Source: Thalassobaculaceae bacterium
GTDB taxonomy: Bacteria; Pseudomonadota; Alphaproteobacteria; Thalassobaculales; Thalassobaculaceae
Length of the DNA stretch: 64,000 nucleotides
Direction: 5' to 3'
Assembly: GCA_963422445.2 (NCBI GenBank)
Contig: OY729512.2
Coordinates: forward strand, 4,787,566-4,851,565
The notes below the pieces were generated by a model that did no database searches, had not been told where the DNA came from, and saw only the letters and a program-made list of their open reading frames with translations. Shown in pieces: positions 12,138 through 20,291 of this stretch. Numbering within the stretch: position 1 is the stretch's first letter; every line of letters starts with the position of its first letter. The position numbers and the translations under genes were made by a program.

Positions 12138-12872
12138 ATTCGGGATACGGCATGTCCGCCGATTGGGCGGTACAAGGCGTCGGCGCCGTATATCAGGTGT
12201 TCGTCACCTTCGGGACCAACACGATGCCCATACGAGATGTAGACAGAGCGTTCCGCCCGGATTGGTCAAAACTCCGGCCAGATACCGGCGCACGCCGCTG
12301 CGGCGGTGGTCGACGTCGCGGGCACGGGAAAATATCAGGGACTGAATTTTCACGGCTCCAGAGATCCTGCCGGTGACGCGGGCCGGAAACGTCACTGGTG
12401 GGCGGCGAGCGTGTCGAGCGTTCCAAGCGAGAGGAAGCAGTCGCCGTCCGTCGGCCCTTCGTGCCATGCAGCGATCGCCGAATGCCCCGTCTGCGGCGCC
12501 GACACACCGAGGATCGGACGGAAGAGCGCCGATGTCCGCATGACAATCGACATGATCAACCTTGCCCGAGTCGCCAACTCCGATGTCGTGGCACCGGTTT
12601 CATCCAGCCGCGACTTCGTGCCGGTGGCCGAGCTCTTCGAAACCAGGGATATCAAGGTGACCCATGGGACCGTCCAAACACGGGCATCGCAATTGACCGA
12701 ACGATGCTGGAGAAGCCTTGACATTGCCTGTTCACGCGAGGATTTCCGTTTCATCCAGCCACGACAGCGCTTGACTGTCCTTGGCAAACAGGGTTGCGCC
12801 GCGCGAAATATTCCGTGAGATCAGCCTATTGCAACGGATGGGATCTCCATGATCAGAAAATGTCAGTCCCTG

Positions 12873-13802
12873 TCATTCGTCTTCTCCCAACGTTCGGCGA
12901 ATCTCGTCTCTGTTGGTTCCGAGTTCCTGCGCAATCGCTTCAACGTCAAGATCGGCAAGATCGCGCAGTAGCCGCGCCATGCGGCATATCGGCTGCTGAA
13001 GCGCTTCCTCGGCTTGATCAGCCCGCTGTTCTGCCCCCTCCTGAGTTGCCGCTCCATCTCCGCCCGGCGTGCAAAGATGACCGAGTCCTTACAACAGCGC
13101 CTCCTCGGCCTCCATGCTGCGTAGAACATCCTCTCGCTCGCCCGCCTTGCGCAACTGCCGCAGCACCGCCCCACAGTCCGCCGGATACTCGGCTTCATCA
13201 ATCGACAGGATATGATCGCTCGCCGACCCCCGGTCTGCCAGATCCTGATCGAACACGGCCAGAAGCCGCTCCAGATCGTTTCGGCGACGCCCGCGCAGAT
13301 ACGGGATCTGAACGATGTGCGACTGCTGGTAAAGCCCGGCCACGAAGGACTGGGTCGCATCCAGATCCCGCGCCGTGCAGCGTTTCGACACCCGTGGCGA
13401 CACATCCACCACGGCCTCCTCCGACAGGCCCATCGGATAACCCAGAAAACAGATCGCCACAACGGGAGGCACCCGCTCACCGGCCGTGCCGCCAGAGCGG
13501 ATCAGATGCTGGCCGGGATATATGCTAAAATGCTCGATCACCCTCGGCGAGGGAGCCTTCCGGATCTCCACCGGAACATCCCGCAAGCTGCCATCGGCGG
13601 TGCGCAGCCGGGCCGCAAAATCCATCCGCAACAGGATCAGCGGCAAGGCGTTGTCCCGGTCTTCATGCGACGCCGGGGGCGGCGATCGGCGCACCGTCGT
13701 CTTCTGCGGGCGCACGACCAGCTCGGCCACCTCCAGCTTCGCGATCTTGCCGATCAGCAGCCGGGCAGCCTCGAGATCCTCAAGCAGGTACTTGAAAACC
13801 AC
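12873..13802 (-). pseudogene. Rpn/YhgA-like PD-(D/E)XK nuclease (putative transposase family) interrupted by an in-frame TAA
   Basis: 237-aa ORF 13089-13802 starts MVFKYLLEDLEAARLL and has a D...VEIRK motif. Its TAA stop (13089-13091) is in the same frame as a downstream tail ...RMARLLRDLADLDVEAIAQELGTNRDEIRRTLGEDE, which ends at 12873 and resembles the HTH-like C-terminus of this family. Family call is from memory. Confidence 0.45.
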
Positions 13803-14974
13803 ATCCTAGATCGGGTTGGCGATGCGTATGGGATCTCATCTCTCGGACCGGAGCGGCCGGGACGGACCGGATCCTGGACCTATCGGTCGACCTCGGCCCC
13901 GGGCCGATACCGGACCCGATTACCGGCCTGCGGCTGCGGGTTGTCACGCCCTGACTTCGGCGCGGCCGCGCAATGTCGTCGGCTTCGGCGTGCGGACCGT
14001 GCCGACGGATCGCCGCTCCTTCCCGGTGCGGCCGGATCGTTCGGCGTGCCCCGGCAACCCGCAGCCGGACGGCATGGTTTCAGTGAACGCGCCGTTTCGG
14101 GGCTGGCGCCTTGCCGCTGCCATCCCGCGACCCCGTTGCCGGTGAGAAGTACGGGGCATGCGACAACGGTTACGGCCGGAACGACAGGGCTCATGATGCA
14201 CAACCGACCCGGACTTCAGCCTGGATCCCGGGCCTGTGCCGATCATCATCGACATCAACCTGCGCCGCGATGTCGTCCCCGAGAAGAATCCGGCCCGGGA
14301 CACGACGACCCCAAGCAGTACCGACAAACCATACCGGAACGGCAGCGCCATCGCGAACCGACCACCGTCGAGCGTTCAACAACGGCCTCAAACACGATTT
14401 CGGCGGTCGTGAGATCCGCGTTCGCAGCCACCGCAAGCTGTTCCGCCACCTGACATTCGGGATCCCCGCGCTCACCATCGATCGGTCCATGAGCCTGACC
14501 GCCGGCAATCCCCTCGCAGGATCCGGCTTGACCACCCCGGATTGACGGGGTGGCGGAACCGCTGTAACCCGAGAGGCGACGGTGGCGGTGAAGCGCGCCC
14601 GGAAGTTCCGGATCGCCCCTTTCGGTGACGGATCGGAGTGGCTGTCCCGATACCCGATCCGGCATAGCCCTTGTGCTTATCACATGTTCACACCGATCGC
14701 GATCGGGTGCCGACCACAAAATCGCCGGATCCGTCTGCAAAAAGCTCAACCGGCTGAATCCCTCGAATATGCGCCATTTCCGATAACCGCCGACATCCCG
14801 GTCGTTGCGCACCCGGAACCCGATTTTCCTCTATTGCAACGAAACAGAAGCGACTTCGCTCGCGACTATGCTGTTGCCCTACTCAAGTACCGCATTGGCA
14901 CCGTTTCAATTCCCGCATCTGTGCCGGTAGGCCGCGCTTCGGCGTGGCCCTCGGCGGCGCCACGGTGACACGAT

Positions 14975-15020
14975 GCTGAACGGTCAAAGCGCCGGTCGAG
15001 CGGCGCTTTGACCGTTCAGC
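14975..15020. repeat. 46-nt perfect hairpin (20-bp stem, 6-nt loop)
   Basis: GCTGAACGGTCAAAGCGCCG gtcgag CGGCGCTTTGACCGTTCAGC. A T5 run starts 8 nt after the stem on the plus strand, which is not adjacent enough for a confident intrinsic terminator. It marks the boundary between GC-rich DNA and a lower-GC patch. Confidence 0.7.
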
Positions 15021-15093
15021 GAAGTCATTTTTACAATTTGGTCCGTAAACGATTAAATGGGCGTCGCCGGAGAAAACGGGTTTTTCTTTATTT

Positions 15094-15143
15094 GGCAAGA
15101 ATTCATGTCGCGAAACTGTGTCATGGATTCGGTTTACAGCGTG
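15094..15143 (-). repeat. Fragment of a degraded IS66-family (ISBst12-like) transposase gene (segment B of a dispersed repeat)
   Basis: About 50 bp, roughly 85 percent identical by eye to 55694-55746. On the minus strand it reads HAVN..RHEFLP in both copies. Homology stops abruptly at 15093/15094. Confidence 0.5.
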
Positions 15144-15207
15144 CGCCCATCGTGCGGCAGCGCCGTGGGGTCTTGCCCGCCACCGTGGCCGGTTGTAATC
15201 TTGCGGC

Positions 15208-15639
15208 ATGATAGACGATACGCAGAGAACTGTTGAACACTTGAGACTGGCGCAAGACGTCATTACCCGTATGGCGGGAAACAGCGCACAGATGAAAACA
15301 TGGGCCGTTTCACTGGTCACCGCAGCCTTCGTCTTCTCGGGATTATCGGACGACCCACACTGGTTAATCGGCTTGGGCGGCTGCATCCCGGTGCTGGCTT
15401 TCTGGAGCATGGATGCCAAGTATCTTCATCTCGAAAGGTGCTACATCAAGCTGTATGAGAAAATCGTGGCCGGTACATCGGTGAAGCCCTTCGACCTGGA
15501 CTATCGTCCATATGTCAGCACAGCAGGCTCCGTCTGGGATGTTGCATGGTCCTGGTCGGTCTGCCGGTTTTATGGCTCTCTTTTCGTTATCATGCTGGCG
15601 CTCCTGGGACTTCTTGTATCAGTTGAAGGCGCAGGATGA
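15208..15639 (+). CDS. Hypothetical membrane protein (about 4 TM segments), family not recognised
   Basis: 143-aa ORF in a visibly lower-GC patch. It has an amphipathic N-terminus, then hydrophobic stretches WAVSLVTAAFVFSGL, LIGLGGCIPVLAFW and FYGSLFVIMLALLGLLV. No obvious SD sequence. Confidence 0.45.
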   Translation: MIDDTQRTVEHLRLAQDVITRMAGNSAQMKTWAVSLVTAAFVFSGLSDDPHWLIGLGGCIPVLAFWSMDAKYLHLERCYIKLYEKIVAGTSVKPFDLDYRPYVSTAGSVWDVAWSWSVCRFYGSLFVIMLALLGLLVSVEGAG

Positions 15640-16069
15640 AACGCAGTGTTTTCAATGGTTTTCATTTAAAACGCGATAATTGGTGCGCCGGGCATGTGCG
15701 GAATATTGGTGTGGCAGAAGGCGACCGACCGACACCTGACAACGACCGGGAGGCAGTGGAGAGGAGTAGCAACAGGGCCATTCAGGATCGGGTCTCAAGC
15801 CAGACGCCCCTCCACTGTTGTTCTTGTCGGCACCGGAACGGCGGGACACAATAGCGAGGAGGTATACAACTAGATGGAAACAAATCTTTCTAATATCGTT
15901 GAAGAAGCGGTCTCGATCCGGAACAAATCTAGTAACTGCCCAGGTCTGATTACGGGTTCTGCTCCCGGCGGCCTGGTTCACGGCGTGTGGTTGTATGGTG
16001 AGCCGCGCGCCAGCGGCGGCACGCATCGGCCCTGTCCGTGTGAGGGATTTCGGTGTCCGGGAGGAGGTT

Positions 16070-16298
16070 TCAGAGCCGCAGTCTGGAGATCAACCGGATC
16101 GGGTTGCGGTGTGCCAGGGTTTCGAGGATCGTCCAGCCCTGCTTGCGGGCTGTGGTAATGACGGATCACAGGGTGGTGAAGTTGCGGGCGCACTGTTCGG
16201 AGCGGAAGCCGTCAAAGATTGACGCAGCTTCACCATTCGCAGATCACGCTCGGCCTCACCTGTTACGATCCCTGTTGCATTTCGGACTCCGAACTGGG
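16070..16298 (-). pseudogene. C-terminal fragment of an IS66-family (ISBst12-like) transposase, with a frameshift and an in-frame TGA
   Basis: Minus-strand reading gives ..GEAERDLRMVKLRQ / IFDGFRSEQCARNFTTL*SVITTARKQGWTILETLAHRNPIRLISRLRL*. This matches the remembered motif NN-AERDLRM-K-KQKISG-FRS...T-RKQG. The upstream 47 bp (16252-16298) recur at 55649-55695. Confidence 0.5.
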
Positions 16299-16458
16299 AG
16301 TCAAAAAATATTTGACTTTAATGAGAGCCAAACACCAATGGATGTGTTTTCTGGACAGCTCAAGCTATCCGAACCGCCATTTGTAGAGCCAAATCACTCA
16401 ATGAAAGAGAACTGTCGGCGACTGTCAGAAAGGGTAGTTTTTTGGCGGGCCGGGATGC

Positions 16459-17640
16459 TAGTGTCCTGTACGCAAAGTTCGTATTGTTAAGGGGGTGGTG
16501 TCGATTCGGGGGGCATGGTGATGCGCCTTTCGGTGGAGATCAAGCTGAGCGCGGACGAGCGCAACGAGCTTGAGCGGCTGGCGCGCGGGCGCAAAGTCTG
16601 GCGAGGCCTGTCCGATCGGGCGCACATCGTGCTGCTGGCGGCCGAAGGGCTTACCAATGTGCAGATTGGGAGCGTGCTGGGCGTGACCAGCCAGACCGCC
16701 AGGAAGTGGCGCAATCGCTTCGCAGAGCATCGTCTTGACGGGCTTGACGACGAGCCGCGCTCCGGCCGTCCCCGGCGCATCGATGACGACGCCGTGGCCG
16801 AGGTGGTGCGCAAGACGCTTGAGGAGAAGCCTCGTGACGCGACCCAATGGAGCACGCGCTCGATGGCGCAGGCGACGGGGTATGCGCCGTCGACGGTCAA
16901 TCGCATCTGGCGAGCCTTTTCCCTTCAGCCGCACAGGAGCGAGACCTTCAAGCTCTCGGCAGACCCCTACTTCGTGGACAAGACGCGCGACATCGTGGGG
17001 CTCTACGTGGACCCGCCGCAGCATGCCATGGTCCTCTGCGTGGACGAGAAATCGCAGGTTCAGGCCCTCGATCGCACCCAGCCGCTGCTGCCGCTGCGCC
17101 CGGGGCAGGTCGAGCGGCGCACTCACGATTACAAGCGCAACGGCACGACCTCGCTCTTCGCAGCCCTTGACGTCGCCACAGGCAAGGTCATCGGACAGTG
17201 CTATCGGCGCCACCGCAGCGTGGAGTTCCGCAAGTTCCTGGATCACGTCGAGGCTAACGTGCCGCCCGACCTCGAGATCCACATCGTCATGGACAACTAC
17301 TCGACCCACAAGACGAAGACGATCCGCGACTGGTTCGCCCGGCGACCGCGCTGGCATGTTCACTTCACCCCGACCTCTGCCTCGTGGCTCAACCAAGTCG
17401 AGCGCTTCTTCGCCGATCTGACAGAGAAGCAGATCCGGCGCGGGGTTCACCGATCGACCGTCGAGCTGGAGCAGGCGATCACCGGGTACATCGACACCGT
17501 CAACGAGGACCCCAAGCCCTTCCGCTGGCACAAGACAGCCGATGAAATCCTGGCGTCCATCAAGCGCTTCTGCCTCAGGACCCTCGAAACCGCTGCAGCC
17601 GCAACATCATAACGGTACGAACTTTGGAATCAGGACACTA
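16459..17640 (+). mobile_element. IS630-family insertion sequence, copy 1 (1182 bp including both flanking TA)
   Basis: Imperfect TIRs TAGTGTCCTGTACGCAAAGTTCGTATTGTTA / TAACGGTACGAACTTTGGAATCAGGACACTA. Flanked by TA within a reconstructed CTAG target. Differs from copy 2 (53920-55101) at only 3 positions. Confidence 0.92.
16515..17612 (+). CDS. IS630-family DDE transposase (intact)
   Basis: 365 aa with an N-terminal HTH ([35 protein letters not shown]) and the motifs [23 protein letters not shown] and [17 protein letters not shown]. Confidence 0.93.
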   Translation: MVMRLSVEIKLSADERNELERLARGRKVWRGLSDRAHIVLLAAEGLTNVQIGSVLGVTSQTARKWRNRFAEHRLDGLDDEPRSGRPRRIDDDAVAEVVRKTLEEKPRDATQWSTRSMAQATGYAPSTVNRIWRAFSLQPHRSETFKLSADPYFVDKTRDIVGLYVDPPQHAMVLCVDEKSQVQALDRTQPLLPLRPGQVERRTHDYKRNGTTSLFAALDVATGKVIGQCYRRHRSVEFRKFLDHVEANVPPDLEIHIVMDNYSTHKTKTIRDWFARRPRWHVHFTPTSASWLNQVERFFADLTEKQIRRGVHRSTVELEQAITGYIDTVNEDPKPFRWHKTADEILASIKRFCLRTLETAAAATS

Positions 17641-18168
17641 GGCCGGCGATCCGAATACCGGTACCGGCATCGCCTTGCCGCTGCCGGGCTGAACGGGCCG
17701 CGAGCTGAACCGGCCATGCGTCAGCAGGCGGTCATACATGACAAGCGCGCCAGCCAGGCCGACATTGATCGAAAACCGTGTTGGGATCCGGACCACATGA
17801 TCGCAGCGCGCCAGCATCGCGCCGGACAGGATGCCGCGCTCCGGTCCGAGCACATAGGCAGCACATCGCGGATGGCGGAAACTTGGCAGATCGACGGCAT
17901 CCGCGGTGATCTCGACTCCGACCAGGGAGCATCCTGCTGGTAACATCATGTCGTCGGCACTGTCGAACCGATAGAACGGAACGCTTTCGGTTGCGTCTGA
18001 CGTGTCGGCCTTGCTGAGTTCCCGTAGTGGCGTCGCGGCCGCTACGCTGAAGACGAAACTGGCTTCGAAGGCGTGAGCGGTACGAGCGATGGCGCCGAGG
18101 TTCATTGGCTTACTTATCCCCTCGACACCTATTCCAAAATATCCCCGCATGGTGCCGGACTCTTGCAT
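17638..18168 (-). CDS. SpoU/TrmH-family RNA 2'-O-methyltransferase-like protein (likely start at the Met at 18150)
   Basis: MRGYFGIGVEGISKPMNLGAIARTAHAF... LGPERGILSG... IPTRFSINVGLAGALVMYD is the SpoU knot-fold pattern. Its TAG stop (17640-17638) coincides with the CTAG target of IS630 copy 1. Confidence 0.7.
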   Translation of the reverse strand: MQESGTMRGYFGIGVEGISKPMNLGAIARTAHAFEASFVFSVAAATPLRELSKADTSDATESVPFYRFDSADDMMLPAGCSLVGVEITADAVDLPSFRHPRCAAYVLGPERGILSGAMLARCDHVVRIPTRFSINVGLAGALVMYDRLLTHGRFSSRPVQPGSGKAMPVPVFGSPA

Positions 18169-18471
18169 GGAAAGGTTTCGACGACAAGGTTCATGTCATA
18201 GATACTGTGGCTATCGGAACAGTTTTGTTGTGACAACGCGTGGCATGCAAATAGCCAGCGCGAGGGACATAGTTAGGTCGGTTGGACCGCTTCGCAAATG
18301 ATCAGAGAAAGACATCGATCAAAAAAGGGCGTGGAGTTGATTGCGAATCGGATAAATTCGTGCGTGGCGCTAGGCGGTAGAACGCTTGGCAGCAGGATCA
18401 TTTGACGGGTCTTGGTGTCGAAGTTCATTCATTGCCGCCGGAGGCGCAATAATACTCTCATTGTGCATGTG

Positions 18472-19974
18472 GAGCTTCTTGCAAAATTGCCGGCCCGACC
18501 GGTTTTTTGCCTTCTCGAGGCCGATTTTGTTGTCGAGGGCCTGGGTTTCGGGGCCACCTCGTGGTATGTTGTGTTTCCACAACAACAAGATACCGAGGAG
18601 GTGACCCCGATGACCCTTGGCTCGACCCTATCCGATCTCTGGCACCGATTTCAAGGGGACCTTTTCCCTGCGTTGGCCGAGGCGGTCGGTCCTCTCCTGG
18701 AGACGCACAAGCGCTTCGTGACAGCTTTCGATCTCGTCAAGGTGGAGGGCTTCGTCGATGAGGTGTGGACCGGTCCGGGTCGGCCCCGGGAGAATCGCCG
18801 GGCGCTGGCCCGTGGCGTCATCGCCGAGGCGGTGTGGGGTCTGCCGACGACCCGCCACCTGATCGACAGGCTCAAGGTGGACCCGACGTTGCGCCGGCTG
18901 TGCGGCTGGTCGCGTGTCTCGGAGATCCCGCGTGAAGCGACGTTTTCGCGGGCGCTTGCCGAATGGTCGCAGTCCCGTCTTCCGGAGAGGATGCACGCGG
19001 CTCTGGTTGCAGAGACACTGGGCGACGCGCTCATCGGCCACGTGTCGAGGGCCTCGACGGCTATCGAGGCCCGGGAGACGCCGGCCCCGACGCCGAAGGC
19101 CCCGACGCTGAACCGCAAGCGCGGCCGGCCCCGCAAGGGCGAGGAGAGGACGAGGGAGCCTGGGCGTCTCGAACGGCAAGCGAACGGGATGGATCTCGAT
19201 GAGAGGCTCGACGCGCTGCCGAAGGTCTGCGATCACGGGGCAAAGAAGACTGCCAGGGGGTCCTGGAGGCTTGGCGCGGTTACAAGCTGCCTATCGGACA
19301 CAGCAGACTGCGGGGTGCCGCTGAGGACCGTTCTCACCTCGGCATCCGTCCATGACAGCCAGGTCACGATCCCGCTGGCGATGATGACCGCCGGGCGTGT
19401 GACCAATCTCTACGATCTCATGGACGCGGCCTATGATGCCAGGGAGATCTACCAGATGAGTGAACGGCTTGGCCATGTGCCGATCATCGATGTCAATCCG
19501 CGCCGGGACAAGGACCTCAAGGAGGCGCGAGACCGGGAGGCCCGGGACCGGCGTGCAATAGGCCATGTCGATCCCGAGACCGTGCGGGTCCGGATCCGGT
19601 CCGGTGTCGAGAGGACCAACGCCCGCCTCAAGGATGAGTGTGGCGGGCGCCATGTCCGCGTCCGCGGACATTCCAGGGTCGCCTGCCATCTCATGGTCGG
19701 CATCCTGGCCCTGGCGGCTGACCAGTTGATACGTCTCGCCGTCCCATAGCGCGGCTCCGACAACGCATGCCGACCCTTCACGGCCCTCTCGAAGAGAGTG
19801 GCCCGGAGATGCGTGTCCCGATGTCCACAAAGGTCCCTGTTTGGTCTCATCGTCTCTGATGAGACACCGCGAATCCATGGATTCCGACCTCCAGGTGCAG
19901 AGGTGACCGGGATCAACCGACCGATCCCGGCTCACCGGACCCTGGGGGCAGGAATTTTGCAAGAGGTTCTGTGG
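18472..19974 (+). mobile_element. IS4/IS5-superfamily insertion sequence (IS1182/IS5-like), copy 1; ends approximate
   Basis: About 1.5 kb repeated at 40801-42300. Terminal inverted cores are CTTCTTGCAAAATTGCC / GGAATTTTGCAAGAGG. TATA follows the right end in both copies. Confidence 0.8.
18610..19749 (+). CDS. DDE transposase (DUF772-like N-terminus plus DDE_Tnp_1-like C-terminus), contiguous ORF
   Basis: MTLGSTLSDLWHRFQGDLFP... DSTAIEARE ... NLYDLMDAAYDA ... RSGVERTNARLKDECGG carry candidate D, D, E residues. The ORF track extends it upstream to 18412, but copy 2 shows Met 18610 is the start. See the finding about the out-of-frame WRGYKL motif. Confidence 0.75.
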   Translation: MTLGSTLSDLWHRFQGDLFPALAEAVGPLLETHKRFVTAFDLVKVEGFVDEVWTGPGRPRENRRALARGVIAEAVWGLPTTRHLIDRLKVDPTLRRLCGWSRVSEIPREATFSRALAEWSQSRLPERMHAALVAETLGDALIGHVSRASTAIEARETPAPTPKAPTLNRKRGRPRKGEERTREPGRLERQANGMDLDERLDALPKVCDHGAKKTARGSWRLGAVTSCLSDTADCGVPLRTVLTSASVHDSQVTIPLAMMTAGRVTNLYDLMDAAYDAREIYQMSERLGHVPIIDVNPRRDKDLKEARDREARDRRAIGHVDPETVRVRIRSGVERTNARLKDECGGRHVRVRGHSRVACHLMVGILALAADQLIRLAVP

Positions 19975-20291
19975 TATAATTATCTCGCTCGTTGCGGATT
20001 CCCCCAGTCACGATGCCGGTGTCGATCCCAAGGCTGCCCACATTCCACTGACTCGCCTGATTCGTACGCGCAAACCCTGACAGGCATGAGCGTCAGGTGT
20101 GTTACGGAATGAGGCTGTTCAGCGTGAACGGTCTGCCCGGAGCTCAACCTCGTCCCCGCGAACAGTTCCGTCTTCGTCGAAAAATCGTACGGAATGCCCC
20201 TCCACGCGGCACAGAAATTTCTGTGCAGTTTCGTGGAATAGATCGAACCAGAGGTTATCCAGAAGGTCGTAACGCAGAGCTGCGCCGAGGC

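Noticed and set aside
13212-14453. 413-aa plus-strand ORF
   Set aside because: Very Arg/Pro/Gly-rich, partly antisense to the Rpn-like gene, with no motif. I could not support any gene in 13803-14974 on either strand.
14975-15020. Calling the 46-nt hairpin a Rho-independent terminator
   Set aside because: The T-run is displaced 8 nt from the stem and no supported gene ends upstream on either strand. It is kept only as a structural repeat.
15094-16298. The permuted order of repeat halves (B ... A here versus A|B at 55649-55746) as attL/attR versus a circle junction of a 1.2-kb integrative element
   Set aside because: On the minus strand, A and B read as contiguous coding sequence of a decayed transposase. 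A diverged B also follows A at about 16327-16362. The pattern is therefore better explained by two truncated copies of one gene than by site-specific integration.
16458-17531. 357-aa ORF antisense to the IS630 transposase (also 53919-54992 and 20291-21436)
   Set aside because: It overlaps a well-supported transposase gene on the other strand, has Arg/Pro/Gly/Leu-rich composition and no recognisable motifs. Long antisense ORFs are expected in GC-rich DNA.
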